Sequence record: MF459647.1 | Length of the DNA stretch: 64,000 nucleotides | Direction: 5' to 3' (one strand) | Shown: positions 9,126 to 17,282 of the stretch, piece by piece | Layout of the letters: each line of letters starts with the position of its first letter | Position numbering within the stretch: the first letter of the stretch is position 1 | Notes under the pieces: model-generated | What the model saw: the letters and a program-made list of their open reading frames with translations, nothing else | Told to the model about the DNA's origin: nothing | The model's database searches: none | Program-made: the position numbers and the translations under genes

Positions 9126-9887
9126 ATGAGTGAAGGTAAAGGCTTGATCGTAGAACACAACCAACTGCACACCATCTTTGACATTCTGGAACGTCACCCT
9201 GATAACACCTTTAACAGCATCATGGCCGTGGGTGGTGGCAGCAAAGGCGGTATCATTCGCAGCAACCTGGAGTGGGACAGCAAGCAACAGCTGTACACGG
9301 GTAAAACCTGGATTGCCTCTCCGCTGTTGAAAGGTGTTAAGAACCTGCACCTGCCGACGCTGTCCATTATTCCGTCGACTCGCAAAATCATGCTGACCTT
9401 CAACCTTCACGGTCGCATCTTTACGCAGCTGACCAACGATGAAGCTTACAGCTATTTCAAGCAGACCCGTGGATTTAGCCGTCATTACCTGGATGTCATT
9501 GGTAAGCGAATTGAGATTGCCATTGAAGACCACAACAAGCAGCAGTTCATTCGCGTCCGGTATGAAAGCATGACGCTGGAACACTTGGATGATTTGCTGA
9601 AGCACGGAGAAGTCATCAAGACCTATCCGGTACGTAAAGAAACCTGGTCAGTGATTCCGGAGGTCCGTAAAGAGGAATTCCCGACCATTGACGAAATCAA
9701 ACATGACGGCTTGTTAGTTCGTCGCGCTATCAATTACTTTAACGGAGGTCGTCTTAAAGAAGAAACTGAATATTACGTAATCGAAGCCACCGGCATCTTC
9801 CACACGTACCGTGGAACCCAGCCTGACTTCCGATTCCATGAACGAGTCGGCTACGTCAACATGACACCATTAGCCTCGATTAAATAA
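9126..9887 (+). CDS. Hypothetical early protein
   Basis: ATG at 9126 downstream of the early promoter motif; 253 aa. Confidence 0.7.
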   Translation: MSEGKGLIVEHNQLHTIFDILERHPDNTFNSIMAVGGGSKGGIIRSNLEWDSKQQLYTGKTWIASPLLKGVKNLHLPTLSIIPSTRKIMLTFNLHGRIFTQLTNDEAYSYFKQTRGFSRHYLDVIGKRIEIAIEDHNKQQFIRVRYESMTLEHLDDLLKHGEVIKTYPVRKETWSVIPEVRKEEFPTIDEIKHDGLLVRRAINYFNGGRLKEETEYYVIEATGIFHTYRGTQPDFRFHERVGYVNMTPLASIK

Positions 9888-9968
9888 GCCCGTCTTATTT
9901 AACGATGATTTAACCAAGGGGAAGAATTCGCTTCCCCGTTTTTAATCTTACTTTGAAAGGATAGAGAA

Positions 9969-10637
9969 ATGAGCAACGCAACTAATCCAGTAATTGCAAT
10001 GGGTATTCAGAGCCGCATGGAGCTGACCCAAACCATCAAAGAAGCTGAACAGCGTTTAGCGATGGCACAGGAAACCATTAAGCAGGCCAATGAAGCCATT
10101 GCCTCACTCGATGACTTCTTTGGTAAAGATGACGCTTACCGCAAGGTACAAGAGATCTTCTCTGGTACTGCAGAAGAGTTCTATGGTCGTGCTCGTACCT
10201 TTACCACCAACCTGTTGTCTGAACTCATCGAACATCATCAAAGCCATGAACGTTCCGCTGTGATGAAGAGCAACTGGCAAGACAACATCCGCCGTCTGGA
10301 AGGGATGGAATACTCTGAAGAGATGTTCGAACAGACCGACGTGTGGCAGAGCCTGGGTGGGTTACTGAATAACCTGATGTCGGTTGTTACACCAGAAGGT
10401 GAGAAAAGTCAAGAGCTGCGCATGTTTATCACACGCTGCATGCAGCTGGCCACAACAGTACCGCAGAGCTTCTACGCTGGTGCTACGGACTTTTCTCGCG
10501 GTAACCTCAATCCGCTGAACAACCGTAACAATCGCATGATGGGCGGTCGTTACAATAACGGGGTATTAGGTAACGGCATGGTTGCACCAGGTAACCCAAT
10601 GCCTGGTGGTCGTCCTACTGACTTTGATCGCTGGTAA
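9969..10637 (+). CDS. Hypothetical protein, N-terminal coiled coil and N/G-rich tail
   Basis: 222 aa, GGA/GAG RBS, followed by a terminator. Confidence 0.7.
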   Translation: MSNATNPVIAMGIQSRMELTQTIKEAEQRLAMAQETIKQANEAIASLDDFFGKDDAYRKVQEIFSGTAEEFYGRARTFTTNLLSELIEHHQSHERSAVMKSNWQDNIRRLEGMEYSEEMFEQTDVWQSLGGLLNNLMSVVTPEGEKSQELRMFITRCMQLATTVPQSFYAGATDFSRGNLNPLNNRNNRMMGGRYNNGVLGNGMVAPGNPMPGGRPTDFDRW

Positions 10638-10646
10638 TCCATAATG

Positions 10647-10674
10647 CTACTCCTACCCAAACGGGTAGGAGTAG
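10647..10674 (+). terminator. Intrinsic terminator
   Basis: CTACTCCTACCC-AAAC-GGGTAGGAGTAG followed by a T-rich tract. Confidence 0.8.
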
Positions 10675-10734
10675 TTTACTTATATATTTTATGTTTTTTG
10701 TAACCGTCTCGTAAGTTTTTACCGACGGATTAAT

Positions 10735-11070
10735 ATCCTATGTATTTTCATGCTTCGCTCTTGTCTGTTTTGTCACTTTTAATCTCTTAAAATTACTGTA
10801 CACCACGGTAATTTTGGGGGGTAGGGGGGCAAACCAGAACAGGGGCAAACCAGAACAGTTTCGAACAGTTTTGAAAGTTTTGGGGCCGCCGCCCCAGGGT
10901 TACATAAGTTAACTAAGAGAATAAGAATAATTATAATAAATACATTAAGAGAATAAGATCAGATCGGATCCGGGAAAACGTTAATTAGCTAACTATCCTT
11001 AGGGGTAGTTAGAGAGCAAGCTTAACTATAGCCAAGGGTAGAGAGACAGAGATCGGGAGAGAAGCATACA
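10735..11070. other. Candidate replication origin / cis-acting locus
   Basis: Within a ~590-bp non-coding gap: hairpin 10789-10815, G6-TA-G6 at 10816-10829, tandem repeats, AT-rich stretch 10905-10960 with TAAGAGAATAAGA twice, and a switch from pyrimidine-rich to purine-rich sequence. Confidence 0.45.
10826..10857 (+). repeat. Tandem direct repeat 2 x GGGGCAAACCAGAACA
   Basis: Exact 16-bp tandem duplication at 10826-10841 and 10842-10857; GAACAGTTT recurs immediately after. Confidence 0.9.
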
Positions 11071-11225
11071 GGGATCCTGTTATAGGGAATACCAGTAATT
11101 CTTCATAGTGAGCTTTATAGTTATAACCAGATAATATGTCTAGGGTAAAGTCCCCTGGATATACATTACTTAATAATCATAATAGTTCATTTAAGATACT
11201 GTTATTGTAAGGATATAGCAAGTCA

Positions 11226-11714
11226 ATGAATACACATAGCAAGAAAGAGCTTCAGAAACAATTAGCTGACGTAGAGAATCAGCTGCTGGAACTGAACAAG
11301 AAGAAAGAGCAATTGCAGAAACAGTTAAGCCGAAAAGAGCTTATCCTCCCGTTCTGCGTAAAACGGAACGACAGCCAGATTCTGATGCAGGGTGGGGATG
11401 AGATGCCTGGCACGCTGTATGCGAATCTGCACTGCGCATTAACCCGGGAAGGGAAACGTATTACCCCGCTGAACTTAACGCGGCTGTGGGGCTTATACGC
11501 TATTACCAAGCAGTTTACAGCAGACAAGAAGGACGGAGCCTTTAGCCTGCAGACCAGCATCGGCAAGAAGTGGTACGTTAGCGTGTTCTGGGAAGGCAAT
11601 ACCCAGGTAGTCCGGTTACTGAAAGAAGGCACCAGCAAACCGATTCACGTTAACCTTAAGTACCGCTTTACGTTGAGCGAGCTGATTCTTTGCTTGGACA
11701 TCATGAGTCGTTGA
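11226..11714 (+). CDS. Hypothetical protein with N-terminal coiled coil
   Basis: 162 aa; heptad pattern ELQKQLADVENQLLELNKKKEQLQKQL. Confidence 0.65.
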   Translation: MNTHSKKELQKQLADVENQLLELNKKKEQLQKQLSRKELILPFCVKRNDSQILMQGGDEMPGTLYANLHCALTREGKRITPLNLTRLWGLYAITKQFTADKKDGAFSLQTSIGKKWYVSVFWEGNTQVVRLLKEGTSKPIHVNLKYRFTLSELILCLDIMSR

Positions 11715-11791
11715 TACCTCTGGGAAACGGACTTCCCCTTTAACGTTCTATTTTACCAGAAGCAGGACACAAATTAGGACAACCCCCCTCC

Positions 11792-12262
11792 ATGAAAACA
11801 ACGGAACTCGATTTAAAACAGTGGATGCGTAAAACGTTGGAGAACCAAATCCAACACAACCAACGCATAGGCACCCAGCTGCAGGACAATACCAGCAAGC
11901 TCGAAGCCCAGATAGCCCAACTCGACACCGACACCGAGTTACTGGTGGCTAACCTGAAAGCCGAACTCAACGACAACGAATACACGGCCTTACGGAAAGC
12001 CATGAAAGAAGCCGGGATTAACGACCAATTCTACCTGGCGGTCTGTACCAGTATCCACAGCTATTGCCGATTAGGGGTAGACTTGGAACACGTGGTGAAA
12101 CTACCGAAGCGCCATTTGATTCTGAATACCAGCCCCAACTATTTCCATTTCTATTTCTTCCCCTACAAGTACCGGCTCGAACGGCACCTGATAGAGAGCG
12201 AAGATTTAACGGCGTGGTTTGCGTGGTTACTGAGCATGCTGATTAACGAATTTAAAATGTAA
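11792..12262 (+). CDS. Hypothetical protein
   Basis: 156 aa ORF, N-terminal helical region; weak RBS. Confidence 0.6.
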   Translation: MKTTELDLKQWMRKTLENQIQHNQRIGTQLQDNTSKLEAQIAQLDTDTELLVANLKAELNDNEYTALRKAMKEAGINDQFYLAVCTSIHSYCRLGVDLEHVVKLPKRHLILNTSPNYFHFYFFPYKYRLERHLIESEDLTAWFAWLLSMLINEFKM

Positions 12263-12293
12263 TTCTTTTTGGTTCTACATTACTAGGGTGAAT
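12261..12293 (+). promoter_or_regulatory. Phage early-type promoter
   Basis: AATTCTTTTTGGTTCTACATTACTAGGGTGAAT; the GTG start called at 12288 lies inside this motif, so the real start is probably 12330. Confidence 0.7.
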
Positions 12294-12329
12294 ACTTCCC
12301 TGTTGTTAATTTATTTAAAGGATAACGTA

Positions 12330-13061
12330 ATGTCTACTTCCAATGCTAAAATGAAACCGTCTGTTCGCAAACTGTACGAAGATCGTCTGGTAAAAGCCCA
12401 GGACCATCTGGCAACATTAATGATTGCCCGGGATAATCTGCAGGCAGCTATTGAGCAGGCCCAGGACGACGTGGTAGGTTTGCAACGTACCCTGGCCGAC
12501 GATGAAGTGCTGGGTCGTCGCTCTTTTTATTTACCAACCGGTGAAGCAGCGACCAAACTTGCTCAGGGCATCGATGCCATACTGGCCGCGATCAATGCAG
12601 AGCAGCCTCAACCCGAGTCATGTGGAATGATTGCGGTGCCGTTCAGCTACATCAACGACATGTTGCAGCGCGCCGATGGTGAATCGGTTGAACAACCTGA
12701 GTTACCTGAGTCTGAGCAATTCATGACCATGACCGCACACGTTCCGTTTTATCGCGAACGTACCCAGAGTCACATGGATCGTTTAATGACGCAGCTTAGC
12801 CCAGCTAAACCCGCATCAGACACAGTATCCCGTACGGAACAAGCTCGAGCCATCGTGCAACAGCTGAATGTCGACGACATGTCCATTGCACATTATGTGA
12901 TTGAGCTGTTGGGCAACATGAAATACGACATTCCTCTTATCACGCCTGACAGAATCTGTGAACTGGCGGTGGAAAGGTTTGAAAATATTCATCGTCGTGA
13001 ACATTGCACGGTGATGCAAAACAACGGGGTCCGTTTCTACGTAATGACCGGTCGTAAATAA
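12330..13061 (+). CDS. Hypothetical early protein with coiled coil
   Basis: ATG at 12330 with AAGGA RBS; 243 aa. Confidence 0.7.
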   Translation: MSTSNAKMKPSVRKLYEDRLVKAQDHLATLMIARDNLQAAIEQAQDDVVGLQRTLADDEVLGRRSFYLPTGEAATKLAQGIDAILAAINAEQPQPESCGMIAVPFSYINDMLQRADGESVEQPELPESEQFMTMTAHVPFYRERTQSHMDRLMTQLSPAKPASDTVSRTEQARAIVQQLNVDDMSIAHYVIELLGNMKYDIPLITPDRICELAVERFENIHRREHCTVMQNNGVRFYVMTGRK

Positions 13062-13214
13062 ATAATTTGGCAGTGATATTATAACCCAGAAGCCACTGTG
13101 CATTATATGCTTAAGTGAGGACTGTGTGTTACTGGTACTTTCACTACCGGTAACGAATTGCCCGCCACTGCCATTTTAAAACCTATTTTGGGTATATGTT
13201 ATTGTTAGAAGATT

Positions 13215-13274
13215 TGAGAGTGCTGTTCACTTTTCCGTGGCACTCTCATTTTTATTTTTTTGTTTATTTTTTTT
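13215..13274 (+). terminator. Intrinsic terminator with long U-tract
   Basis: TGAGAGTGC...GCACTCTCA stem (13215-13248) followed by ~25 nt that are mostly T. Confidence 0.8.
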
Positions 13275-13294
13275 GTATGTGTATCTTATACGGA

Positions 13295-13465
13295 GAATAA
13301 TTACCTGAGTAGTTTGACTGCGAAAAGTTTCGGGTTCGCTCTGCAGCTGAATGTCAACAGCCAACACCTCAAACAAAATTTTCGTTATCATCATTTTAAA
13401 CGGATTTAGTCGCCACCACCGGGGAAGCCTGGGATTATCCGGTTAAACTACTCACATAATTCTTT
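13295..13465 (+). ncRNA. Putative ~170-nt structured non-coding RNA
   Basis: 13-bp closing stem 13306-13318/13442-13454, inner stems 13321-13330/13375-13384 and CGGAT/ATCCG; G-U pairs valid only on the + strand; TATG at 13276 upstream, T-tract downstream; no credible ORF. Confidence 0.6.
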
Positions 13466-13474
13466 TTAGTGTAT

Positions 13475-14254
13475 GTTATACACAACCGAACTGAAGCACC
13501 ATAGCAATCTGGACTCGTCGCCTAGAGCTGCGTTTGACTTTTTCTTTAAACCATGGCCTGGCTTGTTGAGTAACCAACGGCAGACTTTGGGTTGTCTTGT
13601 TCAGTCTATTGTGCTTCACCCCTTTACCGTTTTCAGCGCCTGATGTGATTCCAGAGTCGGGTTCCTGCTTTTGTTGAAAACGGTCCTTCTTGCCGGTGCT
13701 CTCTGCACTCACGGTGAAATCTCCATTTACCACGCCCCCTGATTAGGGTTTCGGAGAGTACTGGCAAACCTTTCCTCGGTATGTCGTTTACATGTCTGCG
13801 CTTAACCTTTGTGAGAGCGCGGGGCGCATGATTCGGCAACCCTGGTTACGAGCACTTTATATCTTTCTGCTCACAATCCCTCCCTCAGGCACATGGCCGG
13901 GAAACGGAGGGTCCATCTGATGTGCAACGGAGACGGGTCTGTTGAACTTGCGCGAAAAGATACGGGCTGCCTTTTAATGTGTAATCCCTCAAAGCGAATG
14001 TGGGAGATAGCATCCAGACCCAAAGGCGGTCAAGTTGTTAAAACAAGTAGCCCGAGAATGAGAGGGCGAACGGAGTATGCAGCCTGTTGGCTAGCTCGGG
14101 AATTGAGTCGACCGATACCCGAATTGGCCAATGGAGTGTTTACTTCAGACGGTGACACTAGTGGAAGCATCAGTCGGTGATGCAACTGCAGCGGAAAACA
14201 GACAAAGCTTATTTTTCTATCCTTTAGTTACTCTTGGCCTAGGCCAAGAGTAAC
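13475..14254 (+). ncRNA. Putative large (~740-780 nt) structured non-coding RNA
   Basis: Consecutive long stems 13492-13504/13606-13618, 13626-13636/13674-13684, 13690-13703/13754-13767 plus many hairpins; GC-rich island between AT-rich flanks; TATG at 13472; ends at the palindromic terminator 14227-14254. Confidence 0.6.
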
Positions 14255-14260
14255 ATTTTT
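14227..14260 (+). terminator. Perfect 28-bp palindrome terminator
   Basis: GTTACTCTTGGCCT|AGGCCAAGAGTAAC followed by ATTTTT. Confidence 0.8.
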
Positions 14261-14318
14261 CTATGTTTGCTATTTTTATTTTTTCACTGATTGGCTAAGT
14301 ATATTAGCGGGACCCTAA

Positions 14319-14349
14319 AGATTTTTACCTCTATATTACCAGGGTGTAT
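14319..14349 (+). promoter_or_regulatory. Phage early-type promoter of phuZ
   Basis: ATTTTTACCTCTATATTACCAGGGTGTAT; contains the TATATTAC core known from phiKZ early promoters. Confidence 0.8.
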
Positions 14350-14388
14350 AGGCAACTGCAATTAATCCATTTAATCAAGGAGAAGTAC

Positions 14389-15354
14389 ATGTCTGAATTA
14401 CAATACTACCTGTGTGGCGGCGCTGGCATCTCTATCGGTGTGGCTCTGAAACAACAGACCAACACGGCGGCTAACCGCACAGCTAAGATGGTCGGCATCG
14501 ACAGCTCTGACCGCAACGACTCTGACGGCCTCTTCCCGGTAGTACGTATGGAAGGCACGCGCGGTTCTGGTAAAGTGAAATCCACCAACGCCGAACCGAT
14601 GAAACCGTTCCTGGCAGAAGTGCTGACCCAACACAAACCGGCCAGCTTCAACATCATCGTCTGTAACGCCGCTGGCGGTACCGGTTCCCTGATGGCAACC
14701 TACCTGCTGCAGAAACTCGTCGCTGCAGGTAAAGTGGTGTTCCTCTGCCTGGCGTCTGACGAGACCAGTCAGAAAGAGTTCGAGAACGTCATCTCCACCA
14801 AACGTTCTTTCGCGGCCCAGACCGAGAAAAACCAACTCGACGTGCCGGTTCCGTATCTGGACATTGTTCAGACTCCGGACATGACCCGTGGTGATGCTAA
14901 CCGCCGTATCGTTAATCAGCTTGATCTGCTGAGCCTGTTCGCAACCGAAACCAATGAAGAAGTGGACTACCAAGACATCCTGTCTATGGTCCGCTACTCC
15001 AAAACCTGTAACGTTGCGCCGGCGCTGAGCAAAATCACTTTCCACGATCAGGAAACGGCCCGCTCCTATACTGGTAAAGTACCGGTAGCAGTGTGCTCGC
15101 TGTTTGATAACCGCGATGCGGTAGCGCCGTTGTTCGAAGGTTGTGTATACCGTGCAACCGGTGTGTTCAACAAATCCAACAACCCGCCGGCTGATCTGAA
15201 AGAGATTCACATGGTCTTTGACCACGGTGAAGCAATTGACGAACTGAAGGAGCGTATGGAATTGCTGAACGACCGCAAAATCGTGACAGCCAACAAGTAC
15301 TCTGAAGTTGACAAAGTCAGCGACGGTGCCGACGATTCCGGCGTGTTCTACTAA
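14389..15354 (+). CDS. phuZ: PhuZ phage tubulin
   Basis: GGAGISIG (T1), GSGK (T3), AAGGTGS (tubulin signature) and acidic C-terminus DDSGVFY; ATG at 14389 with AAGGAG RBS. Confidence 0.92.
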   Translation: MSELQYYLCGGAGISIGVALKQQTNTAANRTAKMVGIDSSDRNDSDGLFPVVRMEGTRGSGKVKSTNAEPMKPFLAEVLTQHKPASFNIIVCNAAGGTGSLMATYLLQKLVAAGKVVFLCLASDETSQKEFENVISTKRSFAAQTEKNQLDVPVPYLDIVQTPDMTRGDANRRIVNQLDLLSLFATETNEEVDYQDILSMVRYSKTCNVAPALSKITFHDQETARSYTGKVPVAVCSLFDNRDAVAPLFEGCVYRATGVFNKSNNPPADLKEIHMVFDHGEAIDELKERMELLNDRKIVTANKYSEVDKVSDGADDSGVFY

Positions 15355-15370
15355 TCATTAAATGTTACTG

Positions 15371-15396
15371 CCCTCTCTCCTATATAGGAGAGAGGG
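15371..15396 (+). terminator. Perfect 26-bp palindrome / terminator after phuZ
   Basis: CCCTCTCTCCTAT|ATAGGAGAGAGGG. Confidence 0.75.
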
Positions 15397-15429
15397 TAAG
15401 TTCACTTAGTTTTAAAAAGGGGTGTTATC

Positions 15430-15720
15430 GTGTCTAAGCGCTTCTCTATTAATTTAAAATCACTTAGCATACCCCAACCTACAGACGGTACGCAAGTCTT
15501 CTCAGAAGACCTCTCAGGCATGAGTATCTTATGTCTTGTTTTGTCACAGTTGGGGTTCCGCATAGTTCCGCTAGCTACCATCGTCGAAGGAGTAGATGAA
15601 AGGTACATCAATGAGCTGTATAATTTGATCGTCCCGAACGTAATTGGAATACCGTCTGGTGCAGCCGCTGAAGTTATCCCCATTAATTTTAACAATTATT
15701 TAATTCAGTTCACCTACTGA
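15430..15720 (+). CDS. Hypothetical protein
   Basis: GTG start with AGGGG RBS; first of a run of small co-oriented genes. Confidence 0.6.
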   Translation: MSKRFSINLKSLSIPQPTDGTQVFSEDLSGMSILCLVLSQLGFRIVPLATIVEGVDERYINELYNLIVPNVIGIPSGAAAEVIPINFNNYLIQFTY

Positions 15721-15729
15721 GGACGACTC

Positions 15730-16215
15730 ATGTATCCCGTAGATATAGTCAATTTAGCCAAGATGTTACGCACAGGCTCTGTAGAGGCTTCCCTGGATGC
15801 CGTTTGCATTTATGCCGAACGTGCCATGGAACACGTTGTAGAACTTGTCAACCTGAACGATCCGCTTCAGGAGAACATCTTAATTGACGATTTGATAATG
15901 ATGTACGAGGTGATTCTCCCCGGCATCGATACTGTCAGCATCATCAAAGATTATGTTACCGATGTCCGCGAAGCGATGAAACGCAATTACTGGGATCCGC
16001 GGTGTAAGGTTAAGCTTATCAAACAACGTTTGAACAAGCGGTACTACCGTGTGCATATCGTTATGGATTTAGAGTTGACGGCAGCCAATCTGTACAACAG
16101 CGTGGTGGACTCATCTGTCCCGGTTCACCTGGAAGACGTCGTCGATGATAATCCGAGTCCGGAGTTATTGGCCCAATATGAACAGAAATATACCGACCAC
16201 AAATCAGACGACTGA
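15730..16215 (+). CDS. Hypothetical protein
   Basis: GAGGA RBS, 161 aa. Confidence 0.7.
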   Translation: MYPVDIVNLAKMLRTGSVEASLDAVCIYAERAMEHVVELVNLNDPLQENILIDDLIMMYEVILPGIDTVSIIKDYVTDVREAMKRNYWDPRCKVKLIKQRLNKRYYRVHIVMDLELTAANLYNSVVDSSVPVHLEDVVDDNPSPELLAQYEQKYTDHKSDD

Positions 16216-16711
16216 AGAACAGCCGGTACTGAATCAGTTCATTTTCCCGTTACGTCCTTTGCAACAATATTTGTTAGAAGAACTACCACGGCGCAATATT
16301 AATAAAGAGAACATCGGTAACCAAATGGTACCGTTAATGGGGGCCGTCATTCAAGAAACAGTGGATGACTTTGGTGTCCGCGGCATTAGCTTAGATGAAG
16401 AACGGTTTACGACCCGTCGGGTATCCAGCATGTATTTAATGTACGATGACCGCATGGACCTTGTTGATGAGTGTCAACGCATGTTGCACGCCGGTGTCTA
16501 CGGCATGTCAGAGTTCACCTACTTTGAATACCCATGGTATTACCGTTTGTTGAACCTCGACTACCTCCTCTTAAAAATAGATAAGCGAGACCTCGTATGC
16601 CCACCCCCATCCGAAACCCTAATCAAGCCAACCGATACACCATCACCGTCCAACATTATCTCCAGCAGTGGGACGCTCAACTTATCTCACATGCTGAAAA
16701 CGTTGGATTAG
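16145..16711 (+). CDS. Hypothetical protein (start uncertain, possibly 16178)
   Basis: Protein-like core 16220-16600; overlaps both neighbours. Confidence 0.55.
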   Translation: MIIRVRSYWPNMNRNIPTTNQTTEEQPVLNQFIFPLRPLQQYLLEELPRRNINKENIGNQMVPLMGAVIQETVDDFGVRGISLDEERFTTRRVSSMYLMYDDRMDLVDECQRMLHAGVYGMSEFTYFEYPWYYRLLNLDYLLLKIDKRDLVCPPPSETLIKPTDTPSPSNIISSSGTLNLSHMLKTLD

Positions 16712-16941
16712 GGAATGCGTTACTGGCGGCGTTAGTAGGGTCTGCTATTAATAAACAGGCGTTTGACCTGGAAAACTGGTTGATTGATATTGGTGTTGAT
16801 GAAGTTGCCCGCACCTATTTTATCCTGACCCATCAATTGACCGTCGAGCAAATCTTCATGGATTTGTCAAACTTTGTTGCTGTTCACGCTGTGGTATCGT
16901 GGAACATAGTTTCCGGTACGCTCATCATGGAGGTCATATGA
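16597..16941 (+). CDS. Hypothetical protein
   Basis: 114 aa; its stop is coupled to the next ATG (ATGA at 16938-16941). Confidence 0.6.
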   Translation: MPTPIRNPNQANRYTITVQHYLQQWDAQLISHAENVGLGNALLAALVGSAINKQAFDLENWLIDIGVDEVARTYFILTHQLTVEQIFMDLSNFVAVHAVVSWNIVSGTLIMEVI

Positions 16942-17282
16942 ACACCGCTCCACGCCGTCTGACGAAAACGCACCATATCAAAATCCCGGCTAGCACCGAC
17001 GTGCAGAACCTGTTGGGATGTTATAACAACCTCTTTATCGCTCGCGGAATCTTGTCGTGCATTCCGTTTACGAGCCAGGGGGAATTTACACATCCTATTC
17101 CAGAAAGTTACCAGCAATTGCTTAACGACTTCATGCAGATGAACACCACACTTAACGGTCTGGCCATGTCATTTGAAGCAATTCAAGTAGACGACGTTAA
17201 GGTTCATCCCCAGGGCATGATGGCAACTTTCTTTTTCTCGATGCAGGAAAAGCAAGACAATGTCATATTTATTAACCAATAG
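16938..17282 (+). CDS. Hypothetical protein
   Basis: ATG at 16938 with GGAGG RBS. Confidence 0.7.
   Translation: MNTAPRRLTKTHHIKIPASTDVQNLLGCYNNLFIARGILSCIPFTSQGEFTHPIPESYQQLLNDFMQMNTTLNGLAMSFEAIQVDDVKVHPQGMMATFFFSMQEKQDNVIFINQ

Noticed and set aside
10842-10895. c-di-GMP-I (GEMM) riboswitch-like GGGCAAACC...GAAA...GG
   Set aside because: The downstream GACGCAAAGC half is missing and the element is part of a tandem DNA repeat far from a start codon
13196-13300. 34-aa hydrophobic ORF (MLLLEDLRVLFTFPW...) as a type I toxin
   Set aside because: Hydrophobicity derives from the terminator U-tract it runs through; no RBS
13893-14180. 95-aa + strand ORF, and minus-strand ORFs 13476-13733 and 13633-13839, inside the non-coding island
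   Set aside because: No RBS, atypical codon use and composition; the sequence is better explained by RNA stems
13580-14212. RNase P-like features: ACAGACAAAGCTTA near the 3' end resembles the CR-V motif, and AG(A)CTTTG/CAAAGCT could form a P4-like bulged helix
   Set aside because: The GAGGAAAGUCC CR-I motif is absent and spacing is off; too short to call without a covariance-model hit
13066-14254. tRNA, tmRNA, group I/II intron, hammerhead or CRISPR/RNA anti-CRISPR identity for the structured cluster
   Set aside because: No cloverleaf, T-arm or CCA end; no P7 R/S or domain V consensus; CTGATGTG is not CUGAUGA; GGCAGTG/CACTGCC only superficially recalls a type I-F repeat and there is no repeat-spacer periodicity
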